This document shows, piece after piece, positions 1 through 9,227 of a stretch of 64,000 nucleotides of DNA (positions are counted from its first letter, which is position 1; each line of letters opens with the position of its first letter). The stretch comes from an uncultured delta proteobacterium. GTDB lineage: Bacteria; Myxococcota_A; Polyangia; Fen-1088. A program made the position numbers and the translations under genes. The notes beneath the pieces were generated by a model. It was not told the origin of the DNA. It made no database searches and worked only from the letters and a program-made list of their open reading frames with translations. The stretch spans positions 864,001-928,000 of the forward strand of contig CAVYGB010000008.1 of NCBI GenBank assembly GCA_963767925.1, in the 5' to 3' direction.

Positions 1-2
1 TC

Positions 3-650
3 GAGCGCCGGATCGGTCTGAGCGGCCTGCCCGAGCGCAAGACCCTGGAGGCATTCGAGTGGGCCTTCCAGCCCGAGCTCGACAAGTCCCTGGTGATGGA
101 ACTCGGCGACCTTGAATTCGTCCGCCGCCACGAGGACCTGGTCGTCACAGGCAACAGCGGCACCGGAAAGAGCCACATCATCCAAGCCCTCGGACTGCGC
201 GCCTGCCAGCAACAGCTGTCGGTGCGCTACGCCCGCTGCGTGGATCTGCTCGACGACCTCTACGCGGGGCTCGCTGATGCCACGTACCCGCAGCGCCTCA
301 AGCGCTGGGCCGCCCCGGATCTCCTGATCGTGGACGACGTAGGGCTCGGCCAGGTCCGCAAGCGCGAGGACGAGCCGACCGCCGCCCACACCCTCTTCAA
401 CCTGATCGATCGTCGACACGGCCGCGCCTCGACCGCCTTCACCTCCAACATCAAGCTCTCCGCCTGGGGCCGTTACCTCGGCGACGCCACGCTGGCGATG
501 TCCATCCTCGACCGCCTCGCGATGCACGCCATCCGCCTCGACATCACGGGGCCCAGCTACCGCCAGCACGTCGCTGACCAACGGGCCAAGAAGCGCGGCG
601 CCAAGCTCCCCGTCGACGAGCCCGAGTCCAGCGACGCCGTCGCCCCATAG
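3..650 (+). CDS. istB: IS21-family ATP-binding helper, 5' end outside window
   Basis: KTLEAFEWAFQP, Walker A GNSGTGKS, Walker B LLIVDDVG, TSN, ILDRL, GPSYR; frame is open back to the window edge. Confidence 0.92.
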   Translation, partial: ERRIGLSGLPERKTLEAFEWAFQPELDKSLVMELGDLEFVRRHEDLVVTGNSGTGKSHIIQALGLRACQQQLSVRYARCVDLLDDLYAGLADATYPQRLKRWAAPDLLIVDDVGLGQVRKREDEPTAAHTLFNLIDRRHGRASTAFTSNIKLSAWGRYLGDATLAMSILDRLAMHAIRLDITGPSYRQHVADQRAKKRGAKLPVDEPESSDAVAP

Positions 651-799
651 AGCGCCCCCCGCCCCGGGGCGCCCTCCCCACCTCGCAGATAGCAGCCCGA
701 TCCGCTCCCCGGCCGCGCATCCCCAGCGCGGCTGGGCGCCGCGCATTGGGCGTGCGCGAGCCGTGGGGCCCGCCACCGCCCCCGGGCGCCGCCGCCTCA

Positions 800-896
800 G
801 GTGGATCACGATCCCGCCGCCCTGGCGTCGCCCCCTGCAACCGCGGGTGGATCACCCTCGCTGCCCGGAGTGGATCACATCTAACCCGCCGCTGAA
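800..896. repeat. IS21 right end with three GTGGATCAC subterminal repeats
   Basis: GTGGATCAC at 801, 847 and 870 downstream of istB; ends ...CCGCCGCTGA. Confidence 0.65.
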
Positions 897-898
897 GC

Positions 899-1000
899 CC
901 CTGCCGAGTTCGGCGGCGAGACTGATCTGGCGATCTCCTCGCTCTTGCTCGTCCGCCTGCTGAACGCCGGCGTGTTGGAGCTCGATTGCGAGCCGACTTG
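899..1000 (+). pseudogene. 3' remnant of the glycosyltransferase gene that is intact at 23348-24987
   Basis: Near-identical to 24885-24986 (LLVRLLNAGVLELD); stop TGA changed to TGG; starts right at the IS21 end. Confidence 0.85.
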
Positions 1001-1293
1001 GGCCTCTTCGCCGTGCGCGCGCCCCTTTGCTTCCTGTGGTCAGCTAGATCAGGCTGTCCCAGCTAGCCCCAGACAGCCCGCCATGTGGCGGTTCCGGCTG
1101 CCGGTCGGTGCTCGATTCGCCGCCGGCGTCCGGCCTGGCCGGTGAACCGGCCTTCCGGTGCACCGTGAGGACTCTCGACCGAGCGCTGGCAGGGCAAGTC
1201 GGTGACGGTGCGGGACATCATCTGCCGTACGCTGGTCGTGGGCCCGAATGGGCCGTTGTTCTCGTCCGAGCCAACGTAGCGGTTCGACTCGAT

Positions 1294-1695
1294 TCACCAC
1301 CGCTCGAATGTGAGGCCGGGAATCCTTGGGAAGCTCCGCATGTCGCGAGTGGCGACCTGGAACCCAATGACCAAAGCCGTGACGGCGATCTGCAGGTCGT
1401 GAACAGCTATCGTCCTGCCCACGGGGAGCAGCATCGCCCGCATCCGAGCGTATTCGCGCGCGATGGCGGCATCGAAGTTCACGACCGGCAGCCGGGTCAG
1501 GTAATTCTCGAGAAAAGCGCGGCGCTTTTCCGCGCGGGTGGGGGTGTCGGCTCGCTCGACGCCCTCGTAGAGCTCGGCGACGGTTATGGCGGCTACGCGA
1601 AGCTGCTCCTCTCCGCGCACCGACAGGGCCGCCTCCAGGTCCAGCTGCCCGCGTTCCGCCGCGATGATGATGCTGGAATCGATCAGCGTTCCCAA
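1294..1695 (-). CDS. vapC: VapC-like PIN-domain toxin
   Basis: LIDSS, TVAELYEG, HDLQIA, ATRD acidic PIN residues; 133 aa. Confidence 0.88.
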   Translation of the reverse strand: MGTLIDSSIIIAAERGQLDLEAALSVRGEEQLRVAAITVAELYEGVERADTPTRAEKRRAFLENYLTRLPVVNFDAAIAREYARMRAMLLPVGRTIAVHDLQIAVTALVIGFQVATRDMRSFPRIPGLTFERW

Positions 1696-1919
1696 GGCGA
1701 GGATTCGTCGGCGATCGACGGTTGAGAACGGTAGGCTTTTTCGACGTCGTCAGCCCAGCCCGGGTCGGGGTGAGGCACGCTCTTCCACAGCGCGAGAAGG
1801 TCAGCCCCGGTGAACGAAGGCGCAGGTCTGGTAAGCTCGACGGCGAGTTCGTTCCTCTCCGCGGGCGTGAGGTCGGCGGCCTCCTCGAGGAGCTTTTGAA
1901 GGCGTGCGCTGCGGGGCAT
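1683..1919 (-). CDS. Putative antitoxin of the PIN toxin
   Basis: 78-aa ORF upstream of and overlapping vapC; acidic C-terminus (PDPGWADDVE). Confidence 0.7.
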   Translation of the reverse strand: MPRSARLQKLLEEAADLTPAERNELAVELTRPAPSFTGADLLALWKSVPHPDPGWADDVEKAYRSQPSIADESSPWER

Positions 1920-2027
1920 GCGTACCTAGGAGTGTACCGCCAATCCCAAGAAACGTCGCGTTGGACGTCACTCGGCCGGGACCGCAGGGAGTGGATAACT
2001 TGAAGATCGGCCAGGATCGAGACGGTC

Positions 2028-2483
2028 CGGTCGCTGCGACCGGAGGCCCCGGAGGTGACGAAGGAGCTGAGGCACTTCGGGAAACGCAGCCCGTATCACG
2101 GCGGGAGCTCGAGCGGGTAGGGTTTTGGGCCATGGCCGCCCGAAAGTCCGAGTACGACGCAAGGAGAACGTTGGACTCCGGGGCTTGCTGAGCCTCGCGC
2201 TGCTTGAGGTCATGCGCGCAGGCAGCGGGATCGTTTCAGCACCGGCGAGATAGGTGACGTTGCTTGATCAGCGAGCGCCGGATTGAACCTCGCGTCGCAC
2301 GTGCACAGAGCACTTGTCCCTGCCCAACCCCGCGAGATAGCAAGCGTTCTCGATGGCTGGGGACAAACTCTGTGACCGCCTCTCGCGCAACCTAAGGTAA
2401 CTACTAACGATTTCTCCACCCACGCCCAGATTCAGGTTCTGGTGATCGAAAGATTGTGGGAGTTCGATTCTCCCCGACCGCAC
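2028..2483 (+). repeat. Island right-end repeat, family B copy 1 (~455 bp)
   Basis: Collinear near-identity to 20849-21302, partial identity to 31154-31288; ends in tRNA fragment. Confidence 0.9.
2426..2483 (+). tRNA. 3' half of tRNA-Leu(CAG), att core; not a full tRNA
   Basis: Anticodon arm CCAGA-TTCAGGT-TCTGG, long variable arm, GTTCGATTC T-loop; no D-arm or 5' acceptor strand upstream. Confidence 0.88.
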
Positions 2484-2500
2484 AGAGTGAGATCAGCTAG

Positions 2501-2657
2501 TCCCCTGGAAAGGTGATTTCTTGCCTATCTCGCCGGTCCTCTTCGTCCCTGGCTGCGTTGCTCGTCGGTTAAATACGCCGGGTATTCGCCCTCCTCGCGC
2601 CTTGCCAGGAACGAAGATGCCTCGCCGACATATGCAAGCCTTCACCTTTCCAGGGGA
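2501..2657. mobile_element. 157-bp MITE, 16-bp perfect TIR, CTAG duplication
   Basis: CTAG|TCCCCTGGAAAGGTGA...TCACCTTTCCAGGGGA|CTAG; homologous locus at ~12932-12957 has a single CTAG and no insert. Confidence 0.85.
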
Positions 2658-2675
2658 CTAGTTGAGGCTGGTCTC

Positions 2676-3863
2676 TCAGCGCGCCGTGGGGGAAGGAGAG
2701 GGCGACCCCCCGCCTGATCCCCCACCAGATCCCCCACTTGGGGGTTCTGCCAGGGCCACGAGCTGCGCAATCCTCCCCACCGCCGCCAGCTTCTCCTCCC
2801 GCCCGACGTGGCTGTAGTGCTCGGTCATCGCCTCTGTCACGTGCCCGGTCATGCTGCGCGTGACGATCTCTCCGTTCAGCTGCCGGCTGAGGTTGTTGAA
2901 GGTCCTCCGGAGCCCGTGCGTGGTCACCCGCTTCCAGACCCTCGCCACCCGCAACGCCCTGGCCAGCGGAAACCGCAACACGTCCTTCGGAAGGATCCGC
3001 CCGGCCTCGTCCGTGAACACCCAGCCCGAAGCCAGCCCCGGGTGCTGGCAGGCCAGCATCCGGGCGCGGTGTTCCCGCATCACCCAGGCGAGCAGCGCCG
3101 CGAGCGGCACCGATCGCTTCGTGTCCGTCTTCGTGGTCGAGACGTTCCCCTCCCACTGCGCCCGCCTGACCCGGATGAGCCCGGCAGCCTCGTCGATGTC
3201 CTCCCACCTGAGCGCCGTCGCCTCGCCGTACCGCATGCCCGTGAAGGCAAGCGTCAGCACGAACGGGTAGAGATCCGGGATCTGATCCCGGAAGACGATC
3301 AGCACCCGCGCCAACTCCTCACCGGTGAGGAGGTTCGGCTCCTCGTCGGTGAACGCCCGCACCGGTAGCTTCTTCACCCGGGCCGCCGGGTTGTGGGGCA
3401 GCTCGTACTCGACCACCGCATCCGCCAGCACCATCCTCAGCATCACCACCGCGCCGTTCACGGTCGCCGCCTTGTGAGAAGCGGCCAGCCGGGTATGCCA
3501 CTCCCGGACCTCGGCGTGGGTGAGCTTGTCGAGGAAGAAGTCCCCGAGCACAGGGAGGACCTGCCCCCCGAGCACGTCAGCGTACGTTCTTGCCGTTGAC
3601 GGCTTGAGCCCCGCGGCCTTTGATCTCAGCCACGATTGCACGTAGTCCCGCAGCCTCGGAGCCTCCTTTGCGACCCTTTCGGCGAACCTGATCTCCTCGC
3701 GCCACTGCTCTCGCAGCTTGGCTGCTTCTTCGACGGTCGCTGTGACCGTCCGGTCTACCTCCTTCATCCGTCCTGTTCTTGGGTCGACGGCGCGGAGCCG
3801 GATCCTTTTCCGGCCGTCTGACATGGCTTCGATCCCCGGATAGCGCGTCTGCTTCCTTCTCAT
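2676..3863 (-). CDS. int: Tyrosine recombinase / phage-type integrase
   Basis: TGMRYGE, TTK, HGLRRT, TGH, HY catalytic residues; ATG 3863 preceded by GGAG. Confidence 0.95.
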   Translation of the reverse strand: MRRKQTRYPGIEAMSDGRKRIRLRAVDPRTGRMKEVDRTVTATVEEAAKLREQWREEIRFAERVAKEAPRLRDYVQSWLRSKAAGLKPSTARTYADVLGGQVLPVLGDFFLDKLTHAEVREWHTRLAASHKAATVNGAVVMLRMVLADAVVEYELPHNPAARVKKLPVRAFTDEEPNLLTGEELARVLIVFRDQIPDLYPFVLTLAFTGMRYGEATALRWEDIDEAAGLIRVRRAQWEGNVSTTKTDTKRSVPLAALLAWVMREHRARMLACQHPGLASGWVFTDEAGRILPKDVLRFPLARALRVARVWKRVTTHGLRRTFNNLSRQLNGEIVTRSMTGHVTEAMTEHYSHVGREEKLAAVGRIAQLVALAEPPSGGSGGGSGGGSPSPSPTAR

Positions 3864-4149
3864 CGTGCACTCCATCCGAGGCCATGGGAGCGCCATGGCC
3901 GCGTATCATAGCGTCCAGGTCCTCGGGCCTGAAGAGCATCGTGCGGCCCCGGCGACCGGCGGGGCGCAGGCGGCCGGCGGCGACGTGGTTGCGGATGGCG
4001 GAGGGGGCGCGGTAGTGGAGGTACGCGGCTGCCTGCGCGGTGGTGAGGTAGGGGGACCACGCGACGTGGGTCTGGTCAGCGGTTCGATTTCCGAGCGTGG
4101 ACACGGTGATCCACCGATCGGGGTCATGGGACGAAAAGTTTCCGCTCAC
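3577..4149 (-). CDS. Excisionase-like HTH protein; ORF tail overlaps int
   Basis: YLTTAQAAAYL...AGRL...GRTMLFRPEDLDA pattern directly upstream of int. Confidence 0.7.
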   Translation of the reverse strand: MSGNFSSHDPDRWITVSTLGNRTADQTHVAWSPYLTTAQAAAYLHYRAPSAIRNHVAAGRLRPAGRRGRTMLFRPEDLDAMIRGHGAPMASDGVHDEKEADALSGDRSHVRRPEKDPAPRRRPKNRTDEGGRPDGHSDRRRSSQAARAVARGDQVRRKGRKGGSEAAGLRAIVAEIKGRGAQAVNGKNVR

Positions 4150-4190
4150 GCGCTGGCGCTCCGGGCCGACGCGTTGACCTGAGTCCGGGC

Positions 4191-4664
4191 GTGGCGACGG
4201 AGTCGAGTCAGACTTTCGTCATGCCCAATCCGATGCTGGCCCTATCGATCTGGAACTCGCAGAAAGCGAATGACGAGGCCGAATCAAGAGTCCTGCACGT
4301 TGCCGTGCATGCCTGGTACGAAGGCCACATCCACGCGCACCTCGAGCTGGGCAAGAAGGTCGAGGTGCTGCCCTACCGTAGCGGCTTTCCTCCTCCGTTC
4401 CCGGCTCCCGACGATGAAGGTCTCTGGCAAATCGTGGACGCAACGAGAGCCAAGGCTTTCACATCACCGGACGCCGCGCTTGCTTTCGCCGCCGCCCTGG
4501 CCTGGGAAGCCGGATATCGACGGGGCTGCGACTGCGCTGGTTGCGAGGCTTTCGGCAGCCGCGATGCCGGGTACTGCGCAAGGCTCCGACAAGGCCGGGA
4601 GAGAATCACCATCGGAGCCGAGACGCTGCGTTCGAGGTTTGCGCGTGAGGGAATCAGGGGGTAA
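4191..4664 (+). CDS. Hypothetical protein with internal AWxxG repeat and CxCxxC
   Basis: HAWYEGH / LAWEAGY, CDCAGC; non-shadow composition. Confidence 0.55.
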   Translation: MATESSQTFVMPNPMLALSIWNSQKANDEAESRVLHVAVHAWYEGHIHAHLELGKKVEVLPYRSGFPPPFPAPDDEGLWQIVDATRAKAFTSPDAALAFAAALAWEAGYRRGCDCAGCEAFGSRDAGYCARLRQGRERITIGAETLRSRFAREGIRG

Positions 4665-4838
4665 GCGACGGCTCCAACTTGCGGCCTGTCCGCAGGGCTG
4701 GTCCGAGCGAGGAATCGCGCAGCTAGGTTGGGACCGATACCTCCGGCCTGTCACGCCGGAGGCCGCGGGTGGGCGGCGGCTGATCAGCGACAATCTTGCC
4801 CTTCCGGTACTTTTGGAGAAAGCCTCCAGGTAACCGTC

Positions 4839-5120
4839 CTAGCCTCGCGGGAGGGCCAGAAGATCGGCTCGCCTAAACCTGAGCCGGCGTCCCAGGCGTA
4901 GGCCTGGGAGGGTGCCGCGGTACGCAGCCTGCCGCACAGCGGGCGGTGTCATGTGCAGCAGGGCGGCCGCGCCGGCGACATCAAGGAGTTGCTCGCCGTC
5001 CTGACGATGCATGAGGCGAACGACGTTTTCCAGTGCGGCGACCCGCCCGCTCAGCTCACGTACGGCCGTCGGGAGATCAAGAAGTGCAATCAGTCTGTCG
5101 GCGAGTTCGTCTCTCATCAC
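4839..5120 (-). CDS. Second excisionase-like HTH DNA-binding protein
   Basis: LLDVAGAAALL...RGTLPGLRLGRRLRFRRADL. Confidence 0.78.
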   Translation of the reverse strand: MMRDELADRLIALLDLPTAVRELSGRVAALENVVRLMHRQDGEQLLDVAGAAALLHMTPPAVRQAAYRGTLPGLRLGRRLRFRRADLLALPRG

Positions 5121-5533
5121 GACATGCTATCGACTACTCGGTCCCGACCGGGTTCGTGTCACCAGTGTGCTGGCAGTCGACCAAGCGCCCCATGAGCTCT
5201 CGGAACTCGACCGGCGAACGATGGGGCGCGCCTCCGTGGCCTGGACCTCGCGCTCATCGACGCTCGCGTCACGACTGCTTAGACGACGGCCAGGCCGATG
5301 CGAAGGGGAACTTCGTTCGGGGTCGGCAGCGCCTCGGGCGCGCGCACAAGCCGCCCGGTGGGCACAGCGCTCGGTTCCAGCATCGGCACAACGTCGTACG
5401 CCCTATCGCCCCGGCCTTCCTGAGACCAGACAGCGCCGGCCAGCGTGAAGCGCAGCCGCTCCGTTTACTAGCGCGGTGATCTGCCTGGGGCATCTGGGAT
5501 CTGGGGACTTTTCGGGGCATACTTCAAGAAGCT

Positions 5534-5806
5534 ATGACGGTTACCGTCGACCTTCCCGAGTCCGCTATCAAGGCGCTTTCGGCGAACACTGAAAAAGACG
5601 CGGTGGCGAAGTTGCGCCTGGCGGCCGCCATGAAGCTGCACGAGCTGGGGCATCTCTCTTCAGGAGCGGCCGCGGAGCTGGCCGGCGTCACGAAGATCGA
5701 GTTCCTCGAGCGCATGTCGGAATACGGCGTGCTCGCCATTCCGCAGACGCCCGGGGAGGCTGAAGAAGACCTGCGGACGCTGCGGGACCCGCGCACCCGT
5801 GGCTGA
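5534..5806 (+). CDS. UPF0175-like antitoxin
   Basis: LRLAAAMKLHELGHLSSGAAAELAG...EFLE; overlaps the PIN gene. Confidence 0.85.
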   Translation: MTVTVDLPESAIKALSANTEKDAVAKLRLAAAMKLHELGHLSSGAAAELAGVTKIEFLERMSEYGVLAIPQTPGEAEEDLRTLRDPRTRG

Positions 5807-6278
5807 GTACGTCTCCAACACGTCACCACTGACGCATCTGCATCGCGCCGACGCTCTCGACGTCCTCCCGGCAGTCTGCGGCGTCATCCTCGTCCCGGAC
5901 GAAGTACGTAGCGAACTGCGCGCGGGAATCGCGGGCGGCAAGGACTGTCCTGACCCCGATGTCATCGCCTGGCTCCAGGTCGTGATTGCCGAGCAGCCAG
6001 CGGATATCGCGACCCTCCGCCTTGGAGCGGGCGAACGCGGGGTGCTCGCCCTCGGCCGGGCGCGCGATGCAATCGTGATCCTGGACGATGGGCCTGCGCG
6101 GGACGCCGCCAAGCGACTCGGGCTACGGGTCACTGGTACAGTCGGCGTGCTTGTTCAGGCACGCCACAAAGGACTCCTTCCGGCTCTTCGTCCGGTCTTG
6201 GACCGGCTGGAAGCTGGGAGGTTTCGTATGTCGCGTGAGCTGCGAACCTGGGCACTCGCCCAGTGCGGAGAGAGCTGA
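5799..6278 (+). CDS. DUF3368-like PIN-domain protein
   Basis: VSNTSPL, VPDEVRSEL, LGAGE, ILDD, GTVGVL. Confidence 0.85.
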   Translation: MAEYVSNTSPLTHLHRADALDVLPAVCGVILVPDEVRSELRAGIAGGKDCPDPDVIAWLQVVIAEQPADIATLRLGAGERGVLALGRARDAIVILDDGPARDAAKRLGLRVTGTVGVLVQARHKGLLPALRPVLDRLEAGRFRMSRELRTWALAQCGES

Positions 6279-6374
6279 CGGCCGCCGTCACGACGCGGTT
6301 TCGGTTCGCAGGGCGGAAAGCGAGCACCGCCACGTCGTTGTGTCTAGCCCATTTGTCGTCGCGCTCGAAGAAAC

Positions 6375-7169
6375 TTGGCTTCACCGAGGCTCCCCGTGAT
6401 TTGTCCGAGCTCTAGCCCAGCGCGAATCCGTCGGTTCCGGCCGCGGAGCGTGCGGCACGTGTCCATCGCCGGTGTGGTCCACGAGGGAGTGACGCTCTTT
6501 CACCTGTTAGGGCGACGGGCGCTTCTCGACGACAGCGCAGAAGTCGTCGCCGATCGCTTCATGCGCGGAATCACCCACCTGCTACGCAGCTTTCGTCCCG
6601 ACTTTTTCTACGTTGGCGGCGGCATGTCGGAGGCGGCTGCGGTCCGCGCCGCCATCGCTCGATGGGCCTCCTCGCCGATCGTCCTGTCCCGGGGGGGACG
6701 GTTCGTGGGAGAAGCGGGCGGCCTCAACATCGCGGGACCGTCAGCGGTGATCATCGACGTGGGCCAGACCGCCATCAAGGTCAGCCGCGGCGGTTTGCGC
6801 CGGGTTCACGATCGCCCGCCCGCGGATCGGGAGCCCGATGGCTACGACGCGGCGGGCGTATCCTTCATCAAAGAGGTCATCGCGTCCGAGCTGAGAGCCG
6901 CGGCGGCGGGATCGCCGGCCGTGCTGGCGGTGCCCGGCGACGTGGGCGACGGCCTCACGCCCGGAATCTCGAACTACCGCTGGCAGGGGCGCGCGGACGC
7001 GATCGTTGGGTTGCTTCCGCCCGATGACGGCGATCGCGAGGTCTTGGTGCTCAATGATGCCGAGCTCGCTGCAGAGTCGGCGCGGCTGGAGGTGAATCGC
7101 GTGCTCGGAAGGCGCTGCTTCGTCTTGACGCTTGGACACGCGCCCGGCGGAGCCTTGCTGTCGCTATGA
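6375..7169 (+). CDS. ROK/ASKHA-like kinase, apparently circularly permuted; start uncertain
   Basis: PDFFYVGGGMS precedes IDVGQT, LNDAELAA and LTLGHAPGGA. Confidence 0.6.
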   Translation: MASPRLPVICPSSSPARIRRFRPRSVRHVSIAGVVHEGVTLFHLLGRRALLDDSAEVVADRFMRGITHLLRSFRPDFFYVGGGMSEAAAVRAAIARWASSPIVLSRGGRFVGEAGGLNIAGPSAVIIDVGQTAIKVSRGGLRRVHDRPPADREPDGYDAAGVSFIKEVIASELRAAAAGSPAVLAVPGDVGDGLTPGISNYRWQGRADAIVGLLPPDDGDREVLVLNDAELAAESARLEVNRVLGRRCFVLTLGHAPGGALLSL

Positions 7170-8104
7170 GCGCCACCAGCACCCCGGCGGGAGGAGCCCT
7201 CGGCGGCTCCCGGCCCCTTGGCAGCGTGAGCGTCATAGCCTTGACCTGCAATCAACCGGAGGCGCTCACATTACTGCTCGCGGCGCTGGGCGAGCAGGTC
7301 GATCCGCCGCCATTCGAGGTGGTGGTCACCGACGATGGATCGAGCTGCGACAACGCGCGCATCGTGACCCTGGCAGCGGCGGAGCACGGTCTCGAAATCG
7401 GTTACGTGTGGCAGCCCGACCGTGGATTCCGAGCGGCCCGCGCCCGCAACAACGGCATCCGCCGGGCGCGCGGGGACCTGCTGATCTTCCTCGACGGTGA
7501 CATCGTGGTGCCCCCCACCTTGCTGCGATCGCACTTCGTCCGGCACGACGGCAGCAAGAAGGTCGTCTGTGGCCGTCGCCGGCACGTACCTTCAGGGGCC
7601 TGCCATCTCGGTCGATACGACCAGCACCTGCTGCGCGCCCTCGCGGAAAGGAGCCAGAGTGCCGATCCCGCGCAGGCCTACTGGAGCGAGGGGCCCCATC
7701 CCTGGATGGCGCTCATCAGCTTTGCCTTCAGCGCGCCCCGGGACAGCGACTTGCTGTTCGACGAGGAGATGGAGGGATGGGGAAGCGAGGATCGCGAGCT
7801 CGCCCTGCGCCTTCATCGACGGCACGGCTATGATTTCGTTCTGCCGGCCGACCTGGACCCCGTCTTTCACCTCCTCGCACCCGGCTTCACCGTCCACCAC
7901 GAGAGAATCGTGAGTGGAATCAAGAACAAGCTCTACCTCGTCGCGAGACACGGCCTCGAGGCCGTCGCCCCGGCCCTCGAGGTGATGCGCGCATGGAGGG
8001 TCGACCCGACCACAGACCGGTGGACGTCAATCAATCAGCGACGACCCGAGCCGCTCGACCAGCTCCTGGCCGAGGCCCGCGACTGGCTGGCCCGCCACGG
8101 GTGA
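7166..8104 (+). CDS. Family 2 glycosyltransferase
   Basis: VVVTDDGS, GFRAARARNNG, FLDGD, FDE..GWGSEDRE. Confidence 0.92.
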   Translation: MSATSTPAGGALGGSRPLGSVSVIALTCNQPEALTLLLAALGEQVDPPPFEVVVTDDGSSCDNARIVTLAAAEHGLEIGYVWQPDRGFRAARARNNGIRRARGDLLIFLDGDIVVPPTLLRSHFVRHDGSKKVVCGRRRHVPSGACHLGRYDQHLLRALAERSQSADPAQAYWSEGPHPWMALISFAFSAPRDSDLLFDEEMEGWGSEDRELALRLHRRHGYDFVLPADLDPVFHLLAPGFTVHHERIVSGIKNKLYLVARHGLEAVAPALEVMRAWRVDPTTDRWTSINQRRPEPLDQLLAEARDWLARHG

Positions 8105-8455
8105 CGCCGGCGACCCGCTCCCCGCTCACGCGCCGACAGCGCTTTGCACGCCGGCCGCGGCCGCCACCGATTGCCCGTGAGGGGCGTTCAGATGGCGCGC
8201 CCGTCACCGCACCAGCCAGACAGAGAGCGTCCGGGGTGGGCGTTCGGGCTGGGGCGCGAAGGGGCTCCGCGGGGCGGCATTCCACGCGCCTTTAGCGACC
8301 TCGCCTGCTGGCGATTGGGATCCGTTGCTACGGACGGACCGTTGCGCGTAATGGGACTACTGGTGCCCGCCCGCGGCCGGGAGGCCGAGCTCCGACGCCG
8401 CTACGCGAACTGACCCGGCTGGCAGGCCAGCGGCGCCGGGGTTATTGTCCCGGCC

Positions 8456-9223
8456 ATGCCATGGCTCACGCTGTCTCTTCGTCGCCGCCTGGTCACCGGG
8501 TTCGGACCTGGGCGCTTTCCCGCCTTGGTGTGTCTCGCGCTGCTGTGCCCGGTTCACGCGTGTGCAGGGCCGGCAGAGCTGGCGGCGCCGAAGGGGACGG
8601 AGACGTCGGCAAAGACGCCGGTGAGTCCGCCCACCACGAACCCGGAAAAGGCCCGACAGCTGGTAGAAGCGATCATCAAGGTCAGCCAGCTACCGCGGTT
8701 GGACCGGGCGAAAGCCGCCGAGATCCTCGGTACCCGGCTGGGTGCCCAGAGGAACGCCACCGAGTACCGCATGGAATGGTCCCTCGAGCCCACGCCGCTG
8801 ATCGCGGAGGGGACCGCCGTGGGAGGCCGCCGCACGGGCTGGACGCTCGTGGAGATCGTGCCTCACCCCTCTCTCGATCTGGCCTTCGAGGACCTCGTGC
8901 CCCACCTGCTCGACGCGAGCTACACGTTGGACGCGCGAAGAGTCCACCTCGTCCACGACTCGGTGGCCACGAGCATCACGCGCATCAGACACGTGTTCCG
9001 GATCGAAGGCGGCGAATTGACCATCGAAGTACCGACCACGGTGCCGCCCGAGACCCCCGACCAGGAATCGAAAGCCATGGGCGAAGGCTGGGATGCAGCG
9101 AAAGGCAAAAGCGCCAGCCGGAGTCAGGTGATGACCGTCTACTTCAACAACGAGCTCGGCAGAAGCTGGCGAAACCCGCGCGCGCTCCGGCAGTTTCGGG
9201 AGCCTCGGAAGGCACCCAACTGA
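8456..9223 (+). CDS. Exported/lipoprotein partner of the HExxH protein (putative immunity), copy 1
   Basis: Hydrophobic N-terminus with Cys; paralog of 21588-22337 (LAFEDL, GELTIE, AKGKSA). Confidence 0.7.
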   Translation: MPWLTLSLRRRLVTGFGPGRFPALVCLALLCPVHACAGPAELAAPKGTETSAKTPVSPPTTNPEKARQLVEAIIKVSQLPRLDRAKAAEILGTRLGAQRNATEYRMEWSLEPTPLIAEGTAVGGRRTGWTLVEIVPHPSLDLAFEDLVPHLLDASYTLDARRVHLVHDSVATSITRIRHVFRIEGGELTIEVPTTVPPETPDQESKAMGEGWDAAKGKSASRSQVMTVYFNNELGRSWRNPRALRQFREPRKAPN

Positions 9224-9227
9224 CCGG

